Shown here piece after piece: positions 1 through 12,864 of a stretch of DNA of 64,000 nucleotides. The translations under genes and the position numbers were made by a program. Source of the stretch: Octopus vulgaris (taxonomy: Eukaryota); the NCBI GenBank assembly GCA_951406725.2, contig OX597814.1, positions 34,038,001 to 34,102,000 of the forward strand. The letters are read 5' to 3'. How positions within the stretch are numbered: the first letter of the stretch is position 1; every line of letters begins with the position of its first letter. Under the pieces are notes generated by a model. It was not told the origin of the DNA and did not search any database. It was given only the letters and a program-made list of their open reading frames with translations.

Positions 1-3000
1 ATCTTCAGAAATATCAGACCCACAGATGCAGTGGTAGAGAATGATCTAAATGTAAGTCAGGAAGGAAATAATGAAGCAGAGGGGAGGAATGTTGGACTGC
101 AAGCATTGACTGAAAGGCGAACATCTGCCGAAAAGACTCAAGATCCTGAAGAAGAAGAAAATATAATGACCCTAGAAAAAACAGCCCGGAAAATGATGTC
201 GAAACAGAATTTGAAGACCACATATTCGCTGAACAATACAGAAAGTCTATCATTGAAATGAAGCAGGAAGTTCTGAATGAGCTCGCAGTTGTAGGGCACA
301 CAACTATGAATGTTAGGGAACCACTCCATAAACTCTCAAATGCACACCAACATAAAACACAAATAAAAATTGGCAAGAAATCATACAAAAACTAAAACCC
401 GATCTTAATAAGTTAAATGAAATTATTTACTCCGTTGCTAAGGTAATCGAAAGATGCTGTTTAATGCCCAAAAAGCCAACAGTACCAAATTCAAAAAGAA
501 AATCAAACTGGAGGAGTAGAATTGAAACTGAAATTGAATCATTGCAAAAGGAGATATCAATATTAACTGAGCTAATCTCTGGAAATGGTGTAAGATCAAG
601 AAAAGGCAGGCAGATTGTGAGAAAATATGGACTCTCAACAAGAGAAGAACTAATCTCAGCGAAAGAAACAAACAAAAAGTTCAAGCAAAAGCTCAGAGAA
701 TATGCAGATTTGAGAAAAGAATTAAATGCTACAAGCAAAATAAGATGTTCAAATCCAATGCCAAATCATTATACAGGGAAATAGGGAAAGAAAAAATAAC
801 TATTGAAAATCCACCCCTAATGGAAGAAGTTGAAAACTTTTGGAAAGAGGATGGAGTGATGAGAAACCATACAGTGAAAATGCAAACTGGATCAAACGCA
901 TCCAAGACGCCTACAAAAATCTACAAGAACAGGTATGGGAAGACATCTCAATCATCGACCTAAGGAGGGCACTAACGAAGGCTCATAAGTGGAAATCCCC
1001 TGGTATTGACAGAGTACCAAATTTCTGGTTCTCATCACTCTCGTCCGCACACAAAATGTTAGTAATACTATTTAATAGTATTATGAAAGACCCGGAAAAA
1101 ACTCGCCATTGGATGGCAAAGGGTATTACTTACCTCCTCCCCAAAAATAATGAAACAAAAGATCAAAAAAACTACCAGCCTATAACATGTTTGTCTACTA
1201 CCTATAAGAATTTGACACCTATTCTAGTGGAGAAAACATATACGTTTATGGAAGAGAATAACCTCTTTCTCACTGAACAAAAAGGATGCAGACAAGGCTC
1301 ATACGAATGCAAAGATCATCTCCTAATTAATCGCATGATCCTTGAGAACTGCCATAACAAGCGCAGAAATCTCAGCTCTTCTTGGATTGATTACAAAAAA
1401 GCCTTTGACAGCATACCACATTCGTGGATTCTGAAATCGCTGGACATTTTCAAAATTTCTCCTGTGATTTCAGATTTTTTAAAGTATAATATGTTACTAT
1501 GGAACACGAAGCTCCAATTATACCATAATGGAGTATTGCGCTCAAACAATATTAGCATAAACTGTGGTATTTTCCAAGGTGACTCACTTTCACCACTAAT
1601 TTTCTGCATAGCACTAATACCACTCGCAAGTGAACTGAATAGAACAGGGTATGACTACAAAATTGACAACAGGAAAATAAGCCATCTATTTTATATGGAT
1701 GACTTAAAACTATATGGCAAAGATGATGAAGAGCTTGACGGACTCTTACATACTGTGAAAGGATTCAGTGATGATATCGGGACGGAGTTTGGCCTTGAAA
1801 AGTGTGCTAAAGCCTCTTTTAAGAAAGGGAAATTAGTAAAGTCAAGTTCAATCAAATTAGATGTCGAAACAGTAATAAAGAAACTTGAGCAGGAACAAAC
1901 CTATAAATACCTAGGAATAAATGAAGGCTCTGGTATCCAGCATGCAAGCATGAAAGAGAAGGTAAGGAAGGAATGTTATAGAAGAGTTCGAGCAATCCTG
2001 AAGTCTGAGCTGAATGCATATAATAAGGTGTTAGCCATAAATTCCTTAGCAGTCCCAGTTGTTCTTTATAGCTTCAATGTGCTTAACTGGAATACCAGTG
2101 AAATAATGAAAATTGACAGAAAAATCCGCAAGCTACTGACTTGTAATAAGATGCACCATCCAAAGGCAGATGTGGATTGTCTTTACCTTCCCAGAGCTCA
2201 GGGAGGACGAGATTTGATCCAGTTTGAACTTATGTACAAAAGCACTACAATCGGGCTGGCCAAATACCTTGAAGCAACCAACAATTGGATGCTAAAACTT
2301 GTTGAAAAACATGAAAGACCGAAAAAACTTCACTCTATTCTGAAAGAGAGCAAAAAATTCGCCACTGATCTCTTAGATACCTACCAAATTGATCAGGCTG
2401 AAAGAAATGTGCCAACTGCTGCTGCAAAGAAAATAAAATTGATTGCAAAGACAAAAGCGCACAAAAAATTAGCTAGCAGATGGGAACAGAAACCTCTGCA
2501 TGGCAAGTATGTGGCCCATAGCAAACAAGCTGATGTCGACCAGAAACACACGCACCAATGGTAACGAAGCTCAGGGCTAAAAGCAGAGAGTGAAGCTGCT
2601 CAAAACCCGGAACTACCAAGCCAATGTGATAAAAAATGGAGCTAACCCAAAATGCTGATTCTGTAACGATGAGATTGAAACTATAGACCACCTAATCTCA
2701 GGGTGTAGAGTTTTAGCACCTGTAGAATATAAAGCAAGACATGACAGAGTCGGTCAGTATTTACACTGGACAATATGTCGGCATTATAAAATCAAAACCA
2801 CTGACAAATGGTATAAACACCATCCTGAAGCTGTGACTGAGGGAGAAAATGTGTCGATTCTATGGGACTTCCCCATACATACCGACAAAACTATAAAAGC
2901 TAATAAACCGGATATTATTATAAAAGATCAGACAAAAAGGATGTGTTTATTAATTGACATGAGTATTCCTTGCGATCACAATATAGCGGCGAAATAATTT

Positions 3001-3421
3001 GACAAGATCAGTAAGTATAAAGACTTGCTAATAGAAACTGAAAAAATGTGGCATCTCAAGGCGACTACAGTACCAGTGATTGTAGGATCTCTAGGAATAA
3101 TAAAAAAAGGTACTGAAACCTATTTGAAAATGATACCAGGCTTACCATCCCTACAAGAAGTGCAGAAAGTCATGTTAACTGGAATGACACATGTACTGAG
3201 AAGAGTATTGTCGTTGTGAAAACAACATCCATCCATGAATTTATTTATTTATTAATTTTTAAATACATATTTTACTGTGAATTTGCATGTGTAATCTGGG
3301 AATGCATACAATGAGCTTCTCTGCCCTAGGTGTACAGAAAACACTCGACGAGAAACGGAAGAAAATTTGAAGAAAGAAGGAAAAATAATAATAATAATAA
3401 TAACAATAATAATAATAATAT
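1..3421 (+). mobile_element. R4/Dong-like non-LTR retrotransposon (RT + CCHC + restriction-like endonuclease), decayed, 5' end outside window
   Basis: RT motifs KSPGIDRV, WIDYKKAFDS, IFQGDSLSP, YMDDLKLY, YKYLG in ORF 840-2564. The protein continues past stops and a frameshift into C*FC..ETIDHLISGC (TGA 2656-2658), RHD, KPDIII..IDMSIP and KISKYKDL, ending at stop 3219. Frameshifts near 745 and 840; 3' UTR ends in (TAA)n at about 3385-3421. Confidence 0.92.
840..3219 (+). pseudogene. Disrupted RT-RLE ORF of the R4/Dong-like element
   Basis: 574-aa RT stretch, then in-frame stops (2562-2564, 2656-2658, about 2995) and a short deletion/frameshift near 2595 in the zinc-knuckle/RLE part. Confidence 0.9.
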
Positions 3422-3556
3422 AGGCGTAGGAGTGGCTGTGTGGTAAGTAGCTTGCTTACCAATCACATGGTTCCGGGTTCAGTCCCTCTGTGTGGCACCT
3501 TGGACAAGTGTCTTCTACTATAGCCTTGGTAGACAGAAACTGAAAGAATTCCATTG

Positions 3557-3608
<52 letters not shown>

Positions 3609-3841
3609 TGTATGTATGTATGTGTGTGTGTGTGTATACATTTGTGTGTTTGTGTTTGTCCCCGCAACATCGCTTGACAACCCATGCTGGTGTGTTTACG
3701 TCCCTGTAACTTAGCAGTTCAGCAAAAGAGACAGATAGAATAAGTACTGGGCTTACAAAGAATAAGTCCTGGGGTCGATTTGCTCGACTAAATGTAGTGC
3801 TCCAGCATGGCCACAGTCAAATGACTGAAACAAGTAAAAGA

Positions 3842-3842
<1 letters not shown>
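3422..3842 (+). mobile_element. tRNA-derived SINE, family A (octopus OR/OK-like), full length
   Basis: Head with A-box-like TGGCTGTGTGG and B-box-like GGTTCAGTCCC, internal TA/TATG/TG microsatellite, tail ...CCAGCATGGCCACAGTCAAATGACTGAAACAAGTAAAAGAG; many other copies in the window. Confidence 0.85.

Positions 3843-3896
<54 letters not shown>
3843..3896. repeat. (TAA)n microsatellite
   Basis: Pure TAA run read directly. Confidence 0.98.
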
Positions 3897-4750
3897 GGAT
3901 TATGACAAAGCAGTATTAACATTACCTTTAATTCACATTTATAAATAAATGCAGCTTCAAGTAGACCTACATATGTTTTGATTGCGTTGGTTAGTAACTG
4001 TTGCAATTGTAACTTTTCTATAATACTGATGTAGTTTCTTCAGGGTCTTAAATGTAATATCCTTTGAGATTTAACTGCTTAAATTTTATGTTGATTTTAG
4101 TTGCATTCAAAAAAATAAAAAATAAAAGACTGGCTAAACACTTAAATTCATTTGAAGATAAAAAAAAAAATTCAAAAACAAGTCTAAGTAGGTTAACCTG
4201 GTCTCTTAAAGACAGAAACAAAGATTATACTATCAACTGGGAATTAATTAGCACTGCAAAACCTTACAGACCAAGAACTAATAAATGTGATTTATGTATA
4301 GAAGAATTTTACCACATTTTTACATCAGAATATAATATAATAATTTTTAGACAAGAACAAGCTTTAAGATGCTTGCATATGAGAAAATTTACCGTTGCTC
4401 AATATAAATGAATTTTAAGTATTTAAACAACAAAATTTTTTGAAATAACTGACTATAAGGAATAAATGAGTGATTATCCAGTCAATACTTGGAATAGAAA
4501 ATAGTTCACGTCTGAACTAACATACAACTCTACATTGTTGAATACAAGTAAAATCAACATAAAATTTAAACCAATTAAATTTCAAAGGATATTACAGTAA
4601 AGACCCTACAGAGACTGCACTGGTATTATAGTAAGGTTGCAATTGCAACGGTTACTAAGCAATACAGTTGGAACATATGCAGGTGTAATTGAGGTCGTAT
4701 TTATATATAAATGTGAATTAGGGTTATGCTAATGCTACTTCATCATAATC
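3897..4750 (+). mobile_element. Penelope-like element 3' fragment (GIY-YIG C-terminus) with inverted pseudo-LTR copy
   Basis: ORF 4064-4411 reads KRLAKHLNSF..TSLSRLTWSLKD..INWELI..KPY..KCDLCIEE..RCLHMRKF, typical of the PLE GIY-YIG C-terminus. 3897-4108 is a diverged reverse complement of about 4538-4750. Confidence 0.8.
3963..4048 (-). ncRNA. Degenerate type I hammerhead ribozyme in PLE pseudo-LTR (sister copies 4601-4685 +, 6649-6733 +)
   Basis: Minus strand reads AGACC-CTGAAGA-long stem II-AAAA-CATATG-TA-GGTCT. The copy at 6649-6733 keeps GAAA-CATATG-TC but has CTAAAGA. The three copies together give a canonical core. Confidence 0.6.
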
Positions 4751-5612
4751 CTTATTATTTTTATTATCTATATTAAATATTCCAGGAAACCTACCTGGTT
4801 AAAAGTGATATATTTGGAATAATCCAACGAAATATATCTCTAAATTCTTACCTATTAAGAATTATTACTGGATTTATAAATAACCTATTTTGAATACCTA
4901 ACCTAATTGTGAGCAAATCAGTAAATGTTTGGAGAAATACCTTATTAATTACCTACATATATATATATATATATATAAACCTATCGTTTAAAGTTATATT
5001 CAAGCTAACAAAAGAATTAAAGAACCTTAGGTGGTCGCTTGAATTGAGAAATGATAGCCAAGTGCCCTTTAAATTACACGTTACTACATTAAATATGAAA
5101 GAACATATTAAATAATATAGTCTTAGACAACCCATAAAATGTCAGATGGGTTATGAATGGAATACCTTTAATCAAAGATGTGCTTAACCAGGGCTGCTCT
5201 GGGACCCAACAATAATAAACAATAATGACAATTACATCTTGATAAATGAACCAGTGAGGCAGGAGAAGCTCTGTTTAACTACATTTCTTGCTGTAAGTGA
5301 CAGCTAGGTTCTCTCTTAGGCAACACTCTACTGTCCTAGATACTACCTAAAAATATGAGAATGTCACAGCTGGAGTGCCTTTGAGCATAGGTCTGCTTGA
5401 TTATGACTGACCTAGACCCAAACAATAGGTGGTATTTAACATATAATATTTGTTTAAGGTGTTTAGTGGCAGAAACATCTGTGGCTGTGAGGTCAGGTAT
5501 GATGATAAAAAACAAATATAGCTATGTCGTTAAGTGATATGCTTTGCAGTTTCATAATTTCTGATTTGGTTCCACTTACATGGCACTTTAGGCAGGTGAC
5601 TTCTGCTGTTAC

Positions 5613-5653
<41 letters not shown>

Positions 5654-7021
5654 ATGCATACACATGCATATGTGCACACACTCATGTGTGAGCATGTATC
5701 TGTGTGTGCTGTGCATGTTGTGTATGTCTTTGCATTGGTACTTCACTGTCAATGGTGAAAACGTTTATGTCTTACATGAACAAAAAGTCCAGCTGCTTGT
5801 CCGTTCATGCAAAGTTATGGATTGAAATGCTTTACTTGAAAAACAAGTACAAGTCTTGAACTCTTGGAAATAGCAGGCAAATTTTCCTCAAATCAGACTT
5901 TGCCATCTTAGATTGAATATGCAGTCCAAGAGACTCCTAAAAAGATGGCATGCTCATGAGTCTGCTTGATAGTAAGACCAAGACTAGGAATTAAAACAAT
6001 AACAATCACAGCAAGACCAGTAAAAGAGATTCTTCGTAGTTACTTGATCACCTAAATATAACAACCAAATGTTCCTCAAAATATATCCTGCAGTCTTAAA
6101 TTAGGAAAGAACATTCTTTTTCTTTTCTGCTTACTCAGAGGAAGAATCCAGGACCCTTTCCAAAGTCACCATGACTGGAAGAAGTAAGGAAGCTATTCTT
6201 AGACCAGAGATGTGCTATTAATGCTTGCAACAGACTTTGCTAAAGGTGCTGGCATGGCTGTGTGGGTAAGAAGTTTGTTTCACAACCATATGGTTTGAAG
6301 GTTCAATGCCATTGCATGAACTTTTGAGCAAGTTCCCTTGGTCACAGCCTTGGATTGAGCAAAACTTTGCGAGTGGAATTTGGTAAATGGAAAGCCACTG
6401 ACAGCTGTGTGTGTGTGTGTGTGTGAGAAAATTTACCTTTGCTCAATATAAATGAGTTATAAATATTTAAACAACAAAATTTTGTGAAATAACTGACTAT
6501 AAGGAATAAATGAGTGATTATCCAGTCAATACTTGAAATTGAAAATTGTTCACGTCCGAATTAACATACAACTCCACTTCATTGAACTAAAATCAGTTAA
6601 AATCAACATAAACTTTACCCAGTTAAATCTCAAAGGATATTACAGTAAAGACCCTAAAGAACTACACTGGTATTATAGTAAAACTACAATTTCAATGGTT
6701 ACTAATCAATGCAGTCGAAACATATGTCGGTTTATTTGAGGCTGTATTTATACGTAAATGTGAATTAAAGGTAATGCTAATGCTACTTCATCATAATCTT
6801 TGTTGTTGTTGTTGTTATTATTATTATTATTATTATTATTCATATTAAATATTCCAGGGAACCTATATGGTTAAAGGTGATATATTTAGAATAATCCAAT
6901 GGAATATATCTATCTCTGAATTCTTATCAAATAATGATTGTTACTGGATTTATGAATAACCTATTTTGAATACCTAACTGTGAGCAAACCAGTAAACATT
7001 GGAGAAATCCCTTATTAATTA

Positions 7022-7070
<49 letters not shown>

Positions 7071-7826
7071 TTTATTTAAAAGCAGCAGAAATATAACAAA
7101 AGTTGTTACTCAGAGTTTCACGTTTCTGTTCATTGGACAGTTTTTTTTTAACAAAACTGCCTGACAAATGGGAACGTAAAACTCTGAGTGACAACTTTGT
7201 TATATTTCTGCTGCTTTTAAATAGAGTATATTACTCTATCTCAGGTATTTGAGTACTTTTTTCCACCTTGTTTCACATTTATGTGCTTACTCCAGTATAT
7301 ATATAAAAACCTATAGTTTAAAGTTATATTCAAGCTAACAAAAGAATTAAAGAACCTTAGGTGGTTGCTTGAATTGAGAAATGATAGCCAAGTGCCCTTT
7401 AAATTACATGTCACTAGATTAAATAAGAAAGAACATATTAAATAATATAGTCTTAGACAACCCATAAAATGTCAGATGGGTTATGAATAGAATACCTTTA
7501 ATCAAAGATTTGATTAACCAGGGCTGCTCTGGGACCCAACAATAATAAACAATAATGACAATTACATCGTGATAAATGAGCCAGTGAGGCAGGAGAGAGC
7601 CTCTGTTTAACTGCATTTCTTGCTGGAAGTGATAGCTAGGTTCTCCCTTAGGCAACACTCTACTGTCCTACCTAAAAATATGATACTACCTAAAAATATG
7701 AGAATGTCATGGCTGGGGTCTATTTGAGCATGATTGACCTAGAGCTAAACAATAGGTGAAATTTAACATAAGATATTTGTTTAAGGAGTTTAGTTGACAG
7801 AAACATCCCTGGCTGTGAGTTCAGGT
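4381..7826 (+). repeat. Local direct duplication, 4381-5498 vs 6425-7826
   Basis: Both copies run from GAGAAAATTTACC to GGCTGTGAG.TCAGGT and share the duplicated ORF MGCLRLYYLICSF; the second copy has an extra insert in its (TA)n. Confidence 0.9.
7063..7295. mobile_element. Palindromic hammerhead-bearing insert in a (TA)n tract
   Basis: Arms about 7063-7145 and 7152-7231 are reverse complements. Each arm reads AACTG(T/C)-C(C/T)(A/G)A(T/C)(G/A)A-short stem II-(G/A)AAA-CTCTGAG-T(A/G)-ACAAC. Absent from the paralogous (TA)n near 4955-4977. Confidence 0.7.
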
Positions 7827-7879
7827 TGCACCTCTTAAGTGAGGACACATAAGAGGTGCAGCACCAGAGAAAATAGTCT

Positions 7880-8212
7880 TTGGGGGTGGTATGTGCACAG
7901 GTACAATTAACACTGAAAATGTACAGAAGATAGACTCCATCAAATTCCAGGGGGAAAAACTAGAAGTAGTTGGTCGATAGCTTCTGTTACCTAGGTGACC
8001 AAGTCAGTAGTGTGAGTGGATGCTTCGAGAGTATAGCTGCTAAAATAAGATTAGGCTGGGTAAAATTCAATTAGCTCCTACCTCTGTTGGTAACAAAGGA
8101 CCTCTCTCTCAGTGTGAAAGGCAGACTATAATGCCTGTGTACAAACAGCCATGCTACATGGCAATCAAACATGGGCTGTGACTACTGAGGACTGTGTAGA
8201 CTTGTAAGAAAT
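7880..8212 (+). mobile_element. RTE-clade LINE fragment
   Basis: Translates with frameshifts to ..KLEVV..FCYLGDQ..RLGWVKF..LLPLLVTK..VKGRL..MLHG..TWAV, the RTE post-RT motif. Confidence 0.7.
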
Positions 8213-8214
8213 GT

Positions 8215-9205
8215 TCCATCAGTATTCCTCGTATTGATGTTTGTGTATGCATGTATTCAATAATAGAGGGATTCTCTGTATTTATTCCAGAACTGCCTTT
8301 TTACCAAATGGCATTGTATATAATTTTTGTGATAACGTTGTGTCACATAAGGAGGCAGTACCTTGATGGCATGTATAATGCCTTCCACAGAAATATGACA
8401 ATCTACATTTTCAGTTGCATCTTGAAGCTCCGAAGGCTTCACTGTCTTTTGTTAATTGGATATTTAGTAGCAATCTCCTGTTCTTGGATTGCAAATGGAC
8501 AGCCTTCGAAGTTTAATGTGATGTAGCAGTGATGAGCTCAAAAGAAGCTTTGCTTCATGTCAATATTACTGTCTTCTTACCAGTTATGTACTGGGGTCGA
8601 TCTAATTGACTGGCCCCCTCCCCTCAAAATTTCAGGACTTGTGCCTACAGTAGAAGAGAATGTTTAAAAAAGGTAGCAAGCTGGCAGAAATGTTAGCGTA
8701 CCGAGCAAAATGCTTACTGGTATTTTATCTGTCTTTATGTTCTGAGTTCAAATTCTGCCAAGGTCGACTTTGCCTTTCATCCTTTCAGGGTTGATACATT
8801 AAGTACCAGTTGCATACTGGGGTTGATCTAATTGACTGTCCCCCTCCCCCAAAATTTCAGGCCTTGTGCCTAGAGTAGAAAAGAATATTATTATCTTCTT
8901 CAAGGCTTTGGGAAACATACCTATACATGGTCTTTTTTTTTATTGGTATGCTGAATATTTCATACACAAGTCTTCTTTAAGGTTTGCTTGTCTACCTTTT
9001 TCGGGGTTGAAGGAAGGTCATCAGGAAGAGAATGTTCCTTGAGGAGTTCACTGGCAACATAAGATATTGTTCACTTCGCTTTTCAGCACTATGTTAATGC
9101 ATTTATTTTTGCAGCTGTTGTTTAGCAAGTGCTGTCTGAGAGAGACTATGCAACATTCAAAAACTGTTTGCACTGATTTCAAGCCTCAACCACCTTTATC
9201 TTTTC
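8215..9205 (-). mobile_element. Older copy of the second RLE non-LTR family, split by SINEs at 8577-8890
   Basis: Aligns by eye to about 10765-11445 on both sides of the SINE insertion. Confidence 0.7.
8577..8890 (+). mobile_element. SINE family B (3' fragment plus full copy 8670-8890)
   Basis: Head AAGGTAGCAAGCTGGCAGAAATGTTAGC, B-box-like GAGTTCAAATTC, central GCCTTTCATCCTTTCAGGG, tail GGCCTTGTGCCTAGAGTAGAAAAGAAT. Confidence 0.8.
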
Positions 9206-10309
9206 ATAAGTAGAGCATACATGTACTTATGTACGTATGTATGTATGTATGTATGTATGAATGTATGTATGTATGAAGGCATGTATGTATGTTTGAGTTA
9301 GAAGATTTGGGTGACATAATATTTTGAAGAGTTGGAATACTTCATGGACATTGAAATATGATATATAGTGTACAAAACATCATAAGCCAAATCTAAATAG
9401 CTTTTTGTAAAATAAGTACTTTGTATTTAAAGGAAATTTACTGTGTTTATAATACAAATAATACAAATATGTGGAAGAAGGGTAAAACTGATCTTTGTCT
9501 AAATAGACTGAAGGAAGAGCAGGCTTTTATTGTGAGTGGATATGAAATATAAAGCAAATAAACAATAAATCCAAAGTTATGTTCTATTGTCTAACCATTT
9601 GACTCAAGCAGAATGGTGACAGGTTAGCTTAACAACAGTTATTCGTAGATAAAATTTCGGGTTACAAATGCATGTTAATACATGTAAGGTATTTTAGAAT
9701 TTATTATAAATTAGAAACATATATGAATATGTACTTACAAAAAATAAGTTTCTTTTGTCTAGTCACAAGACTGATTTTTCATGGAGAGATATCATCATTA
9801 ATTCAATCGGCCTCATTACATTACTGGTATATATTTTATCATTCCTAGAATGAGAAAAGTTAAAGTTGAGACTTTAGGGATTTAAACTCTTTAAAAAGGG
9901 AGAGAAAAGGCAAATACTGTAATGCACTTAACACATTATATTAATGCTTATGCCAACAAGCTGAACTCAGCAACAAATAAATAATAAACATTTACTTCCC
10001 TGATATTTGTGGGTATGATGGGAATACCTAGACCATTCAGAAAACATAACTTTTGAAAATGAGTACAGACACATAATTAGTAATCTGTTGTTATCCATTA
10101 TCATTGTATAACCACAATTATTTTGCTTAATCCTGAATATACAGTCACCACTACCACCACCACCACCATTATTATGATGGCATGGATATAACATCCATTT
10201 TGCTATGATGGCTCATCTTGATCTTGCATTATATAATCTGTCAACCAAAACATCCTTAAATTTAGCTTCATCATCCTTCTTGTGTATATGTATGTATGTC
10301 TGTGTGTCT

Positions 10310-12436
10310 CATCTTCCACTGAGGAGGGAGTCGGTTTCCTAAAAAGATACAAGGCTCTGTCTTTGGGATGTAGTTAACACAGACACATTTGGAACTTGAG
10401 AAAAGTCTTGCATATTTTTACTGTTCCACTGACAGATTGCATGTGTAATGTACGCATTAACTGGTCAGTTGCTCTTTCTGAAAATTCAAGTTTATCCAGA
10501 TTCTCCGTTAAGCATTTACCAACAAAACCTAGTACCCCAATTATTATTGGTATGAATATGAATTCATATTCTGGATATAGAAGCTAGAGGTTTCGAAGCA
10601 GTTGTCCATAGATATCCTCTTTGTCTTTGATTTTTGAAGAGATGTTTATATCTGCAGGGCAGCTGACCTTTATGACATACATACCTGTGCCCATCCATCC
10701 CAAACAACAACATCCTGCCTGTTATGTTAACATTTCACAGAAGTTTTGATGGGAATATTCCACCAGTATTCCTTGAGTTGGTGTTTATGAATGTATTCCA
10801 TAAGAGAGATTTTCTAAGTTTATTTCAAGGTAGTCTTTTCTGCGGATGGCATTGTAAATTGTTTTAGTAACAACATCATATCACATAGGGAGGTAGTACT
10901 GTGACGACATTTTAAGACAGCTGCTAATCACATGCATGATGTCTTCCACAGAAACATGACATAGCCTGCACATGCAGTTGCACCTTGAGATTGCAAGTTC
11001 ATCACTGTCTTGCTCGTTCACCAGGTATTTTGTGGCAGACTCCTTTTCCTGGATTGCAAATGCATAACCTTCAAAGTGTGATGTGATGTAGTGGTCTTGT
11101 GTCAAGAGAGGCTGTGCTTCATGGCAATTCTACTGTCTTCTTCAAGCTTCCAGGCAACATACCCATGCATAGTCTTCTTTTTGTATGCTGAATGCTTTCC
11201 ATCCAGGTTTTCTATCAGGTAAGAGAGCCCAGCTGTTTTGGAGCTGTATAGGAGATCATCAGGAAGAGAGTACTTCTTGAGGAGCTCACTGCCAACTTGT
11301 GTAATGTTGTTCACTTCACTTTTCAGGACTGCATTAATATATTTATTTTTGTTGCTGTTGTTCAGCAGGTACTGCTTGAGTGATACCATACGGCGTTTGA
11401 AAGCTGTCTGCACTGATCTCAGGCCTCTATCACCTTCATTTTCCCTTAGGGTGAGCCTGTCAACATCACTGTTTCTGTGGAAGTTCCTAGTTGTTGTCAG
11501 GATTTTGCGGGTTTTGATATCTATGGAGTGGATTTCCTCTACAGACCAATCAAGTATCCTAAATGTTGGGATCAGCACTGGTACTGCAAATGCATTGTGG
11601 GATATCATTTTGTTGTAAGAGGAGAGTTCTGACTGTCATATTTTCCTAAACCTGGTGTAATATTCTCAGATCACTCTATCTTTATTCACAGTGCCTTCAT
11701 ATGATACATTTTCGTATGTGCCTAGATACTTGTAACATTTTTTGTGTGGAATGGGGGAGATAGAGAGACCATTGATGCACAGGCATTGGGTTTGGGGGAC
11801 TAACGTCCCTCACTCTATAACCAAATACGAACATTTCTTTTGGCCAAATTCCATACCTATATCATCTGAAAATGTTGTTATTAATTCCAGTTGTTTTTTT
11901 TTTTTGGCATTGTTGACACTTTCAGCATAAATCTTGCAGTTGTCTACAAAGAAATTATGAGTTACATTGATATTTCTAGCAGTTGAAGGTCCTACCATGT
12001 AACCATTTGTTTTCTGCAGTAGGAATGATGATGGATTCAGTGCCAAAATGAAAAGAAGTACAGAAAGGCTATCTCTCTGGAATATTCCCTTTAAAATGCC
12101 TATAGCATCTGAGACAATTATTCTGTTCTCAGTTGGAAGGGTGAGAATTGTTGTCCATGTCTTTGTGAGTCTCTCTATAGCAGCAATTAGGGTGGTAGGT
12201 ACTTTTGCCAGATGTAGGCAGTTCAACAGCCACGAATGAGGGACAGTGTCGAATGCATCCTTATAGTCAAGCCATACTGTCATAAGGTTTCTATGCTGTT
12301 TTCTTCAGACAGTACAGCTTTGTTTATTAAAAGTTGTTCGGCACATCCCCACACTCCCTTCTTTCCACCAGCCTGTTCATTAGTCACAATGTTGTTCGAC
12401 TCACAATGGTCCTGGAGGAATTGGTTGAAGAACTTT
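10310..12436 (-). mobile_element. Second RLE-type (R4/NeSL-like) non-LTR retrotransposon, 5'-truncated and decayed
   Basis: ORF pieces: EQAGGKKGVWGCAEQLLIN, WLDYKDAFDTVPH, GIFQRDSLS, FFVDNCK, DIGMEFGQKKC, HRNSDVDRL, HFEGYAFAIQE, CRLCHVSVEDIMHVISSC. The 3' end abuts a CATA/CA microsatellite. Confidence 0.88.
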
Positions 12437-12440
12437 TGTA

Positions 12441-12738
12441 CATCATCATCATCATCATCATCATCGTTTAACGTGTCCGCTTTCCATGCTAGCATGGGTT
12501 GGACGGTTCAACTGGGGTCTGGGAAGCCTGAAGGCTGCACCAGGCCAGTCAGATCTGGCGGTGTTTCTACAGTTGGATGCCCTTCCTAACGCCAACCACT
12601 CCATGAGTGCTTTTTATGTGCCACCGACACAGGTGCCAGACGAGGTTGGTGAACAGCCACGCTCGGATGGTGCTTTTTACGTGTCACCGGCACGGAGGCC
12701 AGGCGAGGCTGGCAACGGCCACGATCAGATGGTCTTTG
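12441..12738 (-). mobile_element. RTE-LINE 3' tail fragment with (GAT)n end
   Basis: (CAT)n followed by TTAACGTGTCCGCTTTCCATGCTAGCATGGGTTGGACGG; the same tail is attached to RTE coding sequence at 35181-36330 and 56930-58100. Confidence 0.75.
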
Positions 12739-12759
12739 TTATGTATATATGTATGTGTG

Positions 12760-12797
<38 letters not shown>

Positions 12798-12821
12798 TAT
12801 ATATATATGTATGTGTGTGTG

Positions 12822-12864
<43 letters not shown>

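Noticed and set aside
10200-10282. Short minus-strand frame KKDDEAKFKDVLVDRLYNARSR*
   Set aside because: No polypyrimidine acceptor, no recognisable homology, and adjacent to a microsatellite.
10308-10370. Hammerhead-like fold on + strand (CTGAGGA-GGGAG/TTCCT-AAAA)
   Set aside because: G12 is absent, stems I and III cannot both be set in register, and it is antisense to the RLE element 3' UTR, which is expected to have hairpins anyway.
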